Below are positions 25,173 through 38,419 of a DNA stretch of 64,000 bases, one piece after another. This DNA comes from Eledone cirrhosa (lineage: Eukaryota). Below the pieces are notes generated by a model. It was not told the origin of the DNA. It saw nothing but the letters and a program-made list of their open reading frames with translations, and did no database searches. The stretch's first letter is position 1, and every line of letters begins with the position of its first letter. The position numbers and the translations under genes are program-made. The stretch covers positions 354,516,001-354,580,000 of the forward strand of contig OZ024740.1 in NCBI GenBank assembly GCA_964016885.1, in the 5' to 3' direction.

Positions 25173-25392
25173 CAATATAATAACCTTTGTTATTTCAAAA
25201 ACAGAGTACAGAAATCAGCTGGGCTCATAAGAGATGATCTATGTTACTGTAACATTAAAAAGTTCTGATTTTGATGTTATATAAAACTAGCAGAAAAACC
25301 GCCCTCGGTCGGTTTTCTGCTAGCATATGTAGTATGCATATTGGTATTATACGCAAATATATGTATGTAAATTGAAAAGTAAATTGACAATA

Positions 25393-25742
25393 TCTCTTTC
25401 TTCTTCGCCCACTTATTTCTGAGAGGGTCGTCAGGGCAGAGTCCTTCTCAAACACTCCTTCCAGCGAGTCTGTCAGAAGCAAACATCTCTAACTGATCCA
25501 GCTGGATCCCAAAGCATGACCAGCCAAGCTCATGGATGTTATCCAACTATCTTGCTCAGGGTCTACCTCTGGGTCTCTTGCCGGTTGGTTTTGCCTGTAA
25601 AATGTGTCCAGCTATTCTTTACTGAGACATTCTAACCACATGCTCATAATATCGGAGTTGTGATCTCTCAATTCAGAGAAGTAACGGCTCTACCAGGAGT
25701 GACTCTCTGGTCTCTGAGTTATGCACTTTATCGAGTAACGTT
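25393..25742 (-). mobile_element. RTE-clade (Expander/Rex3-like) 3' fragment
   Basis: LLDKVHNSETRESLLVEPLLL*IERSQLRYYEHVVRM...PTGKRPRGRP. Confidence 0.75.
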
Positions 25743-26224
25743 TCTGTAATCATTATATTAAATTTTTATACAAATGAGTTTTTAAAAAAAAGAGTTAATA
25801 AATAAATAAAACGTTATACTTGTTATAACCCTCCCGTATCCAATTCACCGAATGCCATCATGACTGTATGTGTGTGTTTGTGTAAATGTATGTGTGAATG
25901 TTTTTGTGTGAAAGTATGTGTATTTATCTGAATGTACGTCCGTGAGGGTGTATTTTTATAAGTTTGTGTTTGCGCGATTATAGTTATATACTCATATATA
26001 TAGATGTATGTATGTGCACAATCATACGCGTCAGCATGTAGAAAGTCATAATCACTATATCTCTCTCATCACAAACTCTCTCTTTTTATATATATGGTAG
26101 TTGAAGTGGTGGTGGTGGCGACGATATACTGGAAGTATTGAAATTTGTAACTTTGAAAAGAAGTAAATTTTAAATTATTTATAAATACAAAATTTAGTTA
26201 CGAAATTTAGTATATAAACTATGT

Positions 26225-26412
26225 AATTGTTTCTACTTTTGGAACAAGGCCAGCAATTACCCAGTGCATTACTGGTACTTTATTTTATCGACTCCATAAG
26301 GATGAAAGGCAAAGTTAACCTCGGCGGGATTTGAACTCAGACCATAAAGGGACGTAACTGTACTGCAAAGCATGGCGTCCGACCCTCTACCGATACTGCC
26401 AATCCACCGCCC
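26225..26412 (-). mobile_element. tRNA-derived SINE, family S1
   Basis: Full copy with an imperfect TSD (tagta.ataaa.tatgtaat). Confidence 0.9.
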
Positions 26413-27329
26413 ATAGTACATAAATTATGTAATATTCATTCATTATTTATTCAAAGTAATCAAACTTATTTTACAAACGGGATAAAAAAAACTGGATGCA
26501 GTCCCGCACTCCTTACTTTATTATAGTTTAGATATAAAACAACATTATTTTTCACAAACATAAAATAGAGTTTTTTAATGAAATTCTTCAAAATCCTCTT
26601 TATTAATTTTGTTTCTGTGCTATCTTTGCTATGTTTATACCAGTTTTTGTTACTTTTCTATTTCTTGATATTAATTGAACCTGTAAATATATTTTTGATA
26701 TAAATTTTTAGAATAGGGAATGCTCTTTAGTCAAGTCAATCACCTGACAACCTCTCTAGTGCTGGCGTCATGATTAAATGCCCTCAATCTAAAGTCTAAA
26801 GTCTGCCTCGAGCCTGGAGGCTCATCAGGCTGGTGCTTATCCTGGTTTCCATGGTGAGAGTACAGGGCTCTCTGTAAAATGGTTGGCTTTAGGTAGGGCA
26901 TCTAGCTTTGGAAACCATGTCAAAAAGGGTTGAGATGACTTTTCACTAGCATCAAGAATATAACAACCCCCATAGTGCTAGAGCCATGATAAAATACACC
27001 TAGGGTATGGCATCAAGCCTTGGAAACCATGCCAAAAAGGGTTGAAAAGTCTCTTTAGTCACATGAAAAATTTGACAACCACCCTAGTTCTAGTACCATG
27101 ATAAAATGCACCCTGTGCACTCTGTAAAATAGTTGACTTAAGGAAGGGCATCCAGCTATAGAAACTATTCCAAACCGGAATATAAATGAGATCTGAGTCC
27201 CCTCCTATCAAGGAAAGCAGTAGTTATGGTTAAGTACTGACTTGGTCTGTAATAGCTCATCCAACCCATGCCAACATGAGGCAAACTAGCATACAGTTTT
27301 AGAGGGGCTTTAGACAAATTAAAATTAAA

Positions 27330-28228
27330 TATTAAGATAGAAAAACCAGGTATTCCCATAAAAGCTCTGAATAACAGAACATACTCTTGTTAGAAAAGCC
27401 CTGCACTGATAAAAAAATGTATAGTCTACAGATTAAGCCTACAGATTAACTGTAAAACTAGGAATGTAGATTATAGCAAAAGATGCATGGAGGGACAGTG
27501 TGGGAATAGGAACACAACATATATAGGTGAAACGGCTCATAGCATAGGAGAAAGGATGAAAGAACACTGGCGAGAACTTCAAGACAAGAAAAAACTCATC
27601 AGTATTCTACCATCTTGCCAGAATGGCCCATAGGAAGTAACTAGAGAACATCGAGATAAAAATTATATCTACACACCAAACAGTTGCAATGTTCTGACAG
27701 ATTATGGAAGATACAAAGAGAAACAAACTTCAACCAAAATTAATAAAATGCACAAATAGAATATAACAACCTCACAAGATAGAGACTAAAGACATAAAGA
27801 CACACAAGAACAAAACTAATAAGCTACATAGACAGAGCTCCTCACCACTACACACACACACACATATAGAATACAAAAACCAAGATAACAATTTACTAAC
27901 TAGTGACAAGTAGGCTAGAGAGAAGAGAGAGAGAGAAAAATGAATAGATAAACAAATAAATAAATAAAACATGTAATGCATGCATGGTCCATGTACACAG
28001 CTCACAAATACAAGATCGTATAAAACAGAACAAAGAAGAGACACAAAGTAACAAAAGTAGTCACTAAAGAGGTCACAGAATGTGTGACGAAAGAGCTTTG
28101 ACAATCAACAAAACAACCATCTGGTTATTAAACTAATTGACTGGGAAATTATAATAATAAATTGAAGTGAAACTCAACTAGTATGTGTCTTTTATTGGCA
28201 GCATGACCCTCCCAAAGTGTAACAATAT
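27330..28228 (+). mobile_element. Penelope-like element, family P1-related, older 3' fragment
   Basis: IEKPG...YIGETAHSIGERMKEHWREL. Degenerate hammerhead GTCA CTAAAGA GGTCACA..TGTGAC GAAA GAGC TT TGAC near 28060-28102. The 3' end matches 16968-16995. Confidence 0.75.
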
Positions 28229-28760
28229 CTGTTTCAATACACGTTTTTACATAAAAAAAACCTTGCAAAACAAATACAAAGATAAAGTTTCCCAATACAC
28301 ACAGTAAATGCGGATGGCGTTAGGAAGGGCATCAAGCTGTAGAAACCAAGCCAAGGTCAGTCCTGTATGAGTAAGACACAGTCATTTGATATGGCTTGTC
28401 TCACAACTTGTCTAAACGATGCTATATATATGTCTGCGCATGAGTATGTGTGTGTGTGTGCGAGCGTGAGTGTTAGTATTTACAGCTTTTAGCTATCAGT
28501 CATGTCAAAAAGCTGTGAAGTAAAATTATCAAGAAAAGTACACAAAAGACTTTATAATCAAACAGAATTATGCAACACCAGTGTTAATTAGGTTTATTTT
28601 GAAACAAGAGCAATCACTTGATTATCCATCAGTACAGATTATAGTCTATAATTTTTGGATTAAGTTATCTTATCAGTAATGTCTAAGTAGTTAGTGCAGT
28701 GTAAGTGTCAGAAAAAATACTCAAGTTCTTTCTCACTAGATTTTTCTGCAGGCCTAATAT

Positions 28761-28948
28761 AATTGTTTCTACTTTTGGCACAAGGCCAGCAATTATCCAG
28801 TGCATTACTGGTACTTTATTTTATTGACCCCGTAAGGATGAAAGGCAAAGTTAACCTTGGCGAGATTTGAACTCAGACCATAAAGGGCCGTAACTCTTTG
28901 CTGCAAAGCATGACGTCCAACCCTCTACCGATACTGCCAATCCACCGC
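28761..28948 (-). mobile_element. tRNA-derived SINE, family S1
   Basis: Full copy with TSD GCAGGCCTAATATAAT. Confidence 0.9.
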
Positions 28949-29661
28949 AGGCCTAATATAATGTTTATTTATGACAGACACATATGGAGGAGGAGGAGAC
29001 GGAGGAGGAGGTAGATCATGTAATCTTCAACTATTTCTTAAGATATTTACAAACTCAACTTACCAAGAGATAAGTTCTACTTTACACCAATCAGCATATT
29101 CAAATACAAATATTGATATTTTTACACATGCACAAGGTATCAGGAGTACAGGTAGAGAAGAAATGAAAGGCTTTATCAAAACGTATTAGGAGGGATGACA
29201 CAGGAACACAATGTGGAGGGAAATTGTGATGGAAATAACTTGTCCAACCCATGTAGATGTAAAATAGATCATTAATATGATGTAAGTGAAGGGTAATCAA
29301 AACTAGGTCATGAAACTTGCTTTGTAGAAGTTCATTACTACACTATGGTGCTTACTAAATCTCGATACAATATGGATTTTAAAAAAAATAAAAACACAAG
29401 GATAACATTCTTATCAATTGAATCAACACTAGCGTATTACAAGTACTTATTTATTGATCTGCATTGAATGTCAAAGTAAACTTTTATGGGATTTGAATAC
29501 AAAACTAAAAGGCATCAAATTGTAGAGAATTTCAGTTGATGGTCTCTTGTTTCAATCACTGTTTTCAATTTAAAGTATAAAATATTACAAGATTTTTTTA
29601 TGTATGAAATATATTAAGTTTAGGAACTAAAATATACTGATCACCTTTTTTTCTATTTATT

Positions 29662-29889
29662 TTAACCCTTTAGCATTTAAATCAGCCATATCCGCCCAGA
29701 ATTCTCTCACCTCTTTCTGTTTAAACTGGCCATAACCAGCTGCTGTTACTTATGTTAAGGTATTGTTCACAAAATAAATAATATCAAAATCTCATAGATT
29801 CAATATTATGTGAGATATTATGTGAGATGAAGTGTTTACCATGAAAATACAATAGTAAATATAGAGTAATTTGAATGGTAAAGGGTTAA
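29662..29889. mobile_element. piggyBac-type TTAA MITE
   Basis: TTAACCCTTT...AAAGGGTTAA. Confidence 0.85.
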
Positions 29890-30505
29890 GGTCTCACTTA
29901 ACTTTTTCACTCCAAGGAGTGCTTTGTGACCACCTCAAACAATTTGATTGGTATCTGCTTTACTGAAGCTACAACTTCAATTTATACCTATTATTTTTAT
30001 TTTCCTAAGGCAGTGGATTGGCAGTATCTGGGTGTATGTACGGGTATATACATGTCTGGGCGCATCTGTATGTCTATGCCTGCCTTTCTATGTTGTTGAA
30101 GTTCTACATCTTACAAATATTATCCACAACCAATCCCCCATTTTTTTATTCTTTGACAAAAAATTGAAATGTCTTTACCAATATGATAAACTAGCACCAG
30201 ATCGTCCAAACGTGACACATCCCACAAACCCTTACTTCCTGTTTACACCAAAACAAGTTCTTGACTGACCAATACACGTTCCAAAATGCACCCACATGCG
30301 CACGCACACATACGAATCCTTAATTGCTCACACGCTCATGTAAACATGCACATGAATATTCGTGAATACACACCTGCATTGTTGCCCCGGCAATTACACC
30401 AAAATACACACATATGCCCACATACAAAAAAAAATAGGGCCGATGCCTATATAAATACCTTCTCGGCCCACATACCACAACAAAAATATATCTTTTGTCT
30501 CATCA

Positions 30506-30595
30506 CCAGTCTGAGGAGCAGATCGATACTGGAGTCGGTTCCATAACTCCTATGGGTCACCTTGAGCCAATCCTCTGCGAAACGCGCGTAACAGG
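30506..30595 (+). ncRNA. Type I hammerhead ribozyme with extended stem II, in a pLTR-like unit
   Basis: CCAGT CTGAGGA GCAGA...TCTGC GAAA CGCGCG TA ACAGG. TATATAAA lies about 55 nt upstream and AATAAA about 10 nt downstream. Confidence 0.8.
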
Positions 30596-30744
30596 TCGAT
30601 ACGCAATAAATATTTTTCATATGTAAACGAAACTTCCTTGTTTTTTTCTATTATATACACTCTGCCTGTGCATAGAGTGCTTGTTTTGGTACCAACACCA
30701 GTATTTCACTGTACTACCCACAACCAACAACAACAACACAATAA

Positions 30745-32130
30745 ATGAGAACAACAACACAACAAAAGGAATCAGTGGCAACACAACGAATGAAACCATC
30801 ATCACCACCAACAACAATAACAAAATTTCATTTGCAGCAACAGGATTTTAAATACTACTCCATGGACATTTCCCAAAAGTCCCAATATTTGGAAGAAGCT
30901 TCCAACTATGTGACGTTTGAAGGAGACATCCCACACATACACATACCCCCACAAGTAAGAGAAATGACACAGAAAAAGAAGCTAATTTATAGAACAGTTG
31001 ACATCATTACCAAAAAACCCATAACGCTCCCAACAAGTACTATTGAAGCTGCACTAAAAGACATCAAGCCAGACGTGGCATACTTCGAAAGAGGTAAACA
31101 GTATGGAAGTGTGTCAGTGCTCTTTAAGAGCAAAACTCTGGCACAAAAACATTCGGTTCACCCAATAAAAACAGATCAACACATCTTCTTCCCCACATAA
31201 ATGGGAAGAAAATCCTACAAAATAAAAATAACCAGGATCCCAGCAGAGGTCAACATAGGTTCTGGTACAAATGAGGCCAGAGAGAGTTGAGAAAATACCG
31301 GACAGGATCATCCTTGAGGAAGATGTCATCTCCATTTTAGTGGAGGGGAAAAGACCTCAATGCCATAAGTGTGGGAAAATCACACACTTAAAGGCCTTTT
31401 GCCCTCTCTTAAACAAACCGAGGACAAACAAGGTGTTATTACCAACACCAAAACCCCAACATCAACACAAACACCTGCAACATCCGCTCCCACACCACCA
31501 CAGACCAGAGACAACCACACACACAAAATCCCACTGAAAAACCCTCCATTGCCTCTTCCCCCCCTATCAAATACTTCCAAAAACACCTGCAAAAACACTC
31601 CACCACACAACATACCCCTCCCATCTACCCCTGATTCAGAAGTCTCAGATACGGGAACCTCTACATCTCCAAGTGAGAATGAAGAGGCACCCCAAAATTC
31701 CAAAAAACAAAAAAAGACACAAAAAAGACACAAAACCATCTACCCCACCATAAACACACCGCCACAAACGACAAACACACCAACAACATAATCACCACCA
31801 ACACAACCAAACACTTCACCAACAAAACAAACACCCACACCACCACAATCACAAACCCCACCCACAAAAAGAAAACTACAAACAGAAACAGTACACATAA
31901 AAAACAAAACACACTACACATACATAAAAACAAGAAACAAAGAACTGGTGGAAATTGTCCGAAAGGACCCCACAATACAAACGGAAGGGAAAACCTTCCC
32001 CACCAACGACCCACCCCTAAACTTCAAACTTATCAGGGTAACAACCCTACAGTATGAAACTTTAAAAGAGAACTTCCCACATGATGTGCCCCCCCCCCTT
32101 GCCAAAAGCCCCTTAACCGTGTCCTGCTAA
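30745..32130 (+). pseudogene. Tx1-like ORF1 (gag-like zinc-knuckle protein), disrupted
   Basis: ORF pieces 30745-31200, 31271-31537, 31369-31791 and 31948-32130, with a CCHC motif and Pro/Thr-rich linker. Confidence 0.75.
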
Positions 32131-32250
32131 AAGGATTCCCTCCCTCCCCAAACACCAACAATCTGGACATGGAGATCGAACAACCCGACCTCCAGGAAAC
32201 GAAAAGGTAAGTGTTCCTGCCTTTTCTCTCCTTAACTCTTCTTCACCAAC

Positions 32251-35200
32251 ATGACGACTATACAAGCTGGATGTTTGAATGTACGTGGCCTGGGCATGTC
32301 CTGGAAACAGGGCCAGTTTTTAAATGGTCTCAGGTCACATTGTATAGATGTGATAGCCATCACCGAGTCCAGAATTCACGACAAGCAGCAGCTAACCCCC
32401 ATGGTCGATGATTTTGGGATCTACACATCTCTCTGTCAGCCAGGAGGTGGAGGGGGAGTTGCTGTTCTGTTTCGAAAAAACTTGGATCTCAAAATACAGA
32501 CGATTCACTTGGACCCGGAGGACAGCCTGGTGGTCCTGGACATGAATGGTAGTGATGGTGGAGCTTTCAGACTGGTGGCCGTATATGCCCCGACTGGGAC
32601 ATCGCGACCAGAGTTCTTCAATCATCTGGAGCCATTCCTGGGAACGTCTCGCTCCTTAGTGTTAGTGGGGGACTGGAATGGCATCTTAGACGCACGTTGG
32701 GACTATGTAGGAACTTGTGATAATAGAGGGGGGGGGGGTAATAGCCTCAAAAATCTCATCAGCCAATTCCAACTGGCTGATAGATATCGACTAGACTTCC
32801 CAAGTGCACCACTGTGGACGTGGAGCAACCGCACTGGGTCTTCTAGATCGTATTTAGATAGATTTTTAATTAGACAGAATGATAAGGAAACATTAAGCTG
32901 TCCACAAATGCAAATGGTTGCCTATTCAGACCGCAAATTAGTCACCTGCATAGTCAACCTTGATAGAACACATAGACAGGGATACGGATACCTGAAGCTA
33001 AACATGTCGCTGCCGGCGGGTAAGGCCTACAGTAAATGGATTAGAACCTTAGTTAAGTGCAAGTTGACGAGGGCAATCGTCAACAACAGGTGGTGGAGCT
33101 CTCTCAAGAGAGCAATTAGAATAGATACCATTTAGCAAGGAAGTAGCTTTAGAAAAAAAACTGAAAAGGAACTGGTAGCTAAAATAGAAGAGGCACTTAG
33201 GAATGGCAGTACAGCTGACGTGCTAGCAGCACTAGACCAGTTCTTCAATGTGAAACACGAAGGTTGTATTGTCAGAAGTAGAACACGTGCTCTAAGAAAT
33301 GAGGGAGCCAAAGCTGTTAGCTGTGCCCGAGTGGCAGAGGCGAAAAGTGGCAACAAATCCACAATTCGGTCTTTGCAAGACAAAGATGGACGCATTATAC
33401 TTGAATCCAAGCAGATGTATGCAGCCTTCCAGCAGCATTTTGCACAAGTGTTCGGGCAAAGCGGTACATCGAGCGTGGTGATGTACTTCAGCTCCAACCT
33501 CGACGGCGTACCGCGACTCTCGAGCACGGATGCGGAGAGCTGCGAAAGGCCGATCACAGCGGGCGAAATAGAAGATGCTCTAGGCTGCTGCGGGAAACTC
33601 AAATCACCCGGTTTAGATGGTCTACCCTATGAGTGAGTTTTACATAGGCATGCCAGACTTGTTCTCTGGCATCCTCGAAGCAGTCTACTGTAACTGGCAG
33701 CAGAACGGGAGGATTCCCAGTTCTGTAGGCAGAGGCGTAGTAATGTTGATCAGGAAAGATGAAAACAAGGGGGATGAGATAAGCAATTTCAGGCCCATAA
33801 CTCTGCTCAACACAGAGTTAAAGATTTTGGCCAAGGTGTTAGCAGCAAGGCTGGCGCTTGTCGTCAAGAACCTGGCAGGGGAAGCCCAAACGTGTGCAAT
33901 CCCGACCAGGTCCATACACGACAACCTCCAGCTCATGCAATACATCATAGAGAAGGTAGGGTGTAAACCTGGCTTAGGTGGGGCTCTGATCAATTTAGAT
34001 CAGTCTAAGGCATTTGATATGGTCGACCATCAATACTTGGAAGCAGTTCTCAAGGCGACCGGCTTCGGTCCCGTCTTCAGAGGCTGGATAACTGCCATGC
34101 ACACCAGCATCTGCTCGGCAGTCAAGGTGAATGGCTACCTATCAGAGCCATTCCAAATCATGCGTTCTATCCATCAGGGATGCCCTCTCTCCTCCATTCT
34201 GTATGTACTGATTCTAGAGCCGTTAGTGCGGAAATTGGAGCTGTTGCATGGCATCCCGATCGAACCAGGACTGCGGAAAGCAGCGTCGGCCTATGCCGAC
34301 GACATAACCGTAATGGCGTCGAAAACCTCGGAAATCAGGGTAATCGGCAACCTATTACAGGAATATGAAACGTTGACAGGAGCAAGACTAAACCCAAACA
34401 AGTCTGTCGGTTTGCAACTCGGCACATGGAGAGGCAAACCCATGCCTTCTGACAGTGTCGTTGGATGCTGGACGGAAGGACCGGTCAAATTGCTCGGGGT
34501 CTGGTTCGGTCCAGACCTCCAGGTGGACAAGAACTGGAATGAGGTCACGGTGAAGGTGTTTGCACTCACCCAGAAGTGGGCTGAGTGCAAACTCTCCGTG
34601 AAAGGTCGAGTGGAGGTGGCGACCACTTACATAGCGTCCGTCATCTACTACCGTTTGACAGTCGTGCCTTGCCCCCGCGAATACCTTACCAAAATGGAAC
34701 GCTTACTCTTCAAGTTTCTCTGGAAGAAACAGGCTCCATTGGTGAGGAGATCCATCTGCTTGCTGTCAACACCTTTCTAACGGAGAGCTGGGCATGCTGT
34801 GGCTGATGATGTGCAAACATGTGCTGAGGCTACGCCATCTCCAGGTATTCCTGACCGGTGAACCGATGTGGCTGTCGTTTGTGAGACAAGCTCTTCCACA
34901 ACTCGTCTCACTAACAGAGCTGCAGTCCTGGGTCAAGCGAAGACCGAAAATGGGTGCCTGGCACCTCAAGTGCCTACAGGCGCTCATAGCCTTCTACCAA
35001 GCGGAAACGGCAATCAGCGGAGACTCCACTTCGACATTCTATAGGGGATTAGTGGAGGATAAGTGCAACGACGTTCTCGGGGAAACTCTAGGCATTGAGG
35101 AGGACAAACTGACCAGTATGTTCGGGAGGACTTTCCATCCAGGGCCTATGGATAACTTCCAGAGGTCTCTGGCCTGGCAGTGCTACCAAGGAGCTCTACC

Positions 35201-35660
35201 AGTTTGAGACAAAATCTACAGGCACGGACACCCTGGCAGAGATCCTGCCAAAAGGACTTGTCCAAGATGTGAGCAGGACATCGAAACCGTTCTGCACGCA
35301 ATTGTTCAGTGCCCAGGGGTGACCGACCTGTGGAATTATGTTGAACAGCTGCTGTCACGTGTGGGACGCATCCAGTTGTCAGCCGAGTCCATCGTGAGGA
35401 TCACCCCGCCGCCTTCATTTAAGAATGAAGGAGAGGCGGTTTTCCTCTGTCTGGTGGCTATGGCGAAAGAGGTAATATGGTGGACGAGGTTAAAAGGACT
35501 GAGGGCAAACACCTTTCTCTCTGGACAACAAATATCACTTCAGAAGGAAGGTGAGAGTGGAGAGAGCAGTGCTACACCCCTGTAAATTCGCTGAAAGGTG
35601 GGTGAATGTGGCGAAAATGGCCCGAGTGAATGGGCCTTCTCTGTATATAAACCTGTAAGT
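32251..35660 (+). pseudogene. Tx1-like ORF2 (APE endonuclease and reverse transcriptase), disrupted
   Basis: ORF pieces 32251-33135, 33220-33636, 33617-34780, 34794-35207 and 35319-35585, separated by stops and frameshifts. Confidence 0.9.
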
Positions 35661-36314
35661 TGAGGAAGATAAACAGAGGGAAGACAGGAACACCTACAAA
35701 ACGTGTTCCTGGTGTTGAGGGTTGTTCTATCCACGGGGTGTAAAACAACCCTGCAGTAACGTTCCCCCCTACTGGGGATTTCAATTGTTATTTTATTATA
35801 TATAGTTTATTGTTATTTATTAATATTAAAGTTATTTTTATGTAAAACCCCCACCGTCACGTCTTGTAATGTCCCATTTGTGTATGCCCCTGTGGCAAAT
35901 AAAGACAGATATCTATCTATCTATATAACCCAGTCCCTATCATCTCATTTCTACAGCTGAGTAAACTGGAGCAATGTGAAATAAAGTATCTTGCTCAAGG
36001 AAACAACACATCACCCGGTATATATACGTATATATATATATATATATATATATACAAATGTAGTTGATGGCTGGGAGAAAAATATACTCAACACAGAAAT
36101 AGAGTTTAAATATCTATTTTATTAAGACTGAATAATGAGACTCTAGAGTTTTGCCTGCTTCTCACAGAGTCATCAGACAAGAACTCAGCTACATAAGATG
36201 AACAAACAATCACATCTTTACCTCATCCGCCATCTTACTGGCAAGCAATTTTATACATCAAAAATTGACATTATACTTGTGATGCCAGTATATATACATA
36301 TATATATATATATA

Positions 36315-36720
36315 TCATCATCATCATCATCATCACCGTTTTACGTCCGTTCTTCCACGCTAGCATGGGTTGGATGGGTTGTCCTGTTGTGGGCAGTGTC
36401 TGGTCGGCTGACCATGCCTTGCTCATACAGGAACTGATTTTGGCTTGATTTCTACAGCTGGATGCCCTTCCTAACACAAACCTCATTTACAGTGAGTGGT
36501 GGATACTTTTTCGTGGCGCCTACACGTCCACTTTACAGTGTGGGCTGGGTGCTTTTTTGTTGTGGCACCTCCACGACCACTTTGCAGTGGGAGGCTGTGG
36601 GGGCATATTGTCTATATGCTTCAGCTTGTACCCATGGGAGGTCGGGTACTCTGTATTACTGCGTGACGCCAGAGGTGTCATCGCCTTTGAGAGGTGTAAT
36701 TGGGTAAGGTCAGCTTTTAT
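36315..36720 (-). mobile_element. RTE LINE 3' end
   Basis: (TGA)n tail, 3' UTR subrepeats and ORF end. Confidence 0.85.
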
Positions 36721-36754
36721 TACTGTCTAACGCCATATATATATATATATATAT

Positions 36755-37118
36755 GGCGTTAGACAGTAATACAGAAGACCCGACTTCCCATGGGAACAAG
36801 CCAAAGCTGAGGCATATAGACAGTATGCGCCTACCCCCTCCCATTGTAAAGTGATCATGTAGGTGTCATGTCAAAAAAGCACCCAGTCCACACTATAGAG
36901 TGGTTGTGTAGGCACCTTGGTAAAAAAGCACCCAATACACACTGTAAATGAGGTTGGTGCTAGAAAGGGCATCCAGCTGTAGAAATCAAGCCAAAATCAG
37001 TTCTGTATGAGCAAGACATGATCACCTGACCTGGCATTGCCCACAACAGGACAATCCATCTAACCCATGCTAGTGTAGAAGAATGGACATAAAACGGTGA
37101 TCATGATGATGATGATGA
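36755..37118 (+). mobile_element. RTE LINE 3' end
   Basis: WR..VIQKTR ORF end, UTR and (GAT)n tail. Confidence 0.85.
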
Positions 37119-37156
37119 TAGATAAATAGATAGATTGATAGATAGAAAAAAATGAG

Positions 37157-37384
37157 TTAACCCTTTCATGTTCAAACCGGCCAAAACCAGCCAGAATTCT
37201 CTACCTTTTTCTGTTGAAACTGGCTGTAACTGGTCACTCAAACTGATGTTAAGGTATTGTTCTCAAAATAAATACTTTCAAAATCTCATAGATTCGATAT
37301 TATGTGAGATAATTATGTGAGGTAAAGCCTTTACCATGAAAATATAATAGTAAATATAGAGTAATGTGAATACTAAAGAGTTAA
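37157..37384. mobile_element. piggyBac-type TTAA MITE
   Basis: TTAACCCTTT...AAAGAGTTAA with homologous interior. Confidence 0.8.
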
Positions 37385-37519
37385 GTTTCATTTACATATA
37401 AAAGATATTTATTGTGTATCAATCTGTTACATGTGTTTCGTACTTGCTTTGGTACCAACACCAGTAATTCACTGAACCACCTGTACTATACATACATATA
37501 TATGTATATATATATAATA

Positions 37520-37660
37520 ATAATAATAAATGTGAAGACTAAAATCCAAAGAGGGATAAATATATATCAAATATATAAGAACCATTAAGTTTCAGATCCC
37601 ATTAAGGGTAAAAGCAGCAATTCTTTGCTCAAACTTTAAACTCGTTATTTTAATAAATAT
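37520..37660. mobile_element. pLTR-like family A, internally inverted arrangement
   Basis: 37520-37583 is the reverse complement of 10488-10560, and 37589-37660 is a forward copy of 10409-10478. Confidence 0.6.
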
Positions 37661-38395
37661 CATCATCATCACCGTTTTACGTCCGTTCTTCCACGCTAGC
37701 ATGGGTTAGACGGGTTGTCCTGTTGTGGGCAGTGTCTGGTCGGCTGACCATGCCTTGCTCATACAGGAACTGATTTGGCTTGATTTCTACAGCTGGATGT
37801 CCTTCCTAACACCAACCTCATTTACAGTGAGTGTTGGGCGCTTTTTCGTGGCGCCTACACGTCCACTTTACAGTGTGGGCTGGGTGCTTTTTTACCGTGG
37901 CACCTCCACGACCACCTTGCGGTGGGGGGTGTGGGGGCATATTGTCTATATGCTTCAGCTTGTACCCATGGGGGGTCGGGTACTCTGTATTACTGCATGA
38001 CGCCAGAGGTCACGGTCGTGTGTCTTTGCCTTTGAGAGGTGTAATTGGGTAAGGTCAGCTTTTATCACCTCATCCCAGGTCATCTTGGGTCTCCCCACTC
38101 TGCAGTTTCCATCGACTTCTAGTGCTCTGCACCTTTTTATGCAGCTGTCATCCTTCATACGCATCACATGTCCATACCAGCGCAACCGCCTCTCCTGCAC
38201 ACAGCATTTGATTCCTCTTATACTCAGTCTCTCTCTCAAATCATTTATGCTTTGTCGTTCACGTATATTACTATTACACATCCATTGGAGCATGCAGGCT
38301 TCGTTTCTCTCTAATCTACGTAAGTCTTCCACCTTCAGCGCCCAGGTCTCACTACCATACAACATCGCTGTTCAGATACACGCATCATACAGTAT
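37660..38395 (-). mobile_element. RTE LINE, 5'-truncated copy
   Basis: ORF 37955-38365 (MLYGSETW...[12 protein letters not shown]...GRP), UTR and tail. The 5' end abuts (TA)n. Confidence 0.9.
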
Positions 38396-38419
38396 ATATA
38401 CATATATATATATATATAT

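Larger units (their letters stand above)
25286..26533 (+). mobile_element. Possible Helentron-associated non-autonomous element with nested LINE and SINE insertions
   Basis: Starts ACTAG with the hairpin CTAGCAGAAAAACCG...CGGTTTTCTGCTAG and ends TTTATTATAGTTTAGAT, resembling HINE termini. Confidence 0.4.
30677..35924 (+). mobile_element. Tx1/L1-clade LINE, full-length but decayed
   Basis: ORF1 remnants with a CCHC knuckle (CHKCGKITHLKAFC). ORF2 has APE (LNVRG, ITES, VYAP, GDWN, SYLD), RT (KSPGLDG, FRPITLLN, DQSKAFD, QGCPLS, YADD) and C-terminal CPRC...ETVLH....C. Ends with AATAAA and a (TATC)n tail. Confidence 0.93.
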
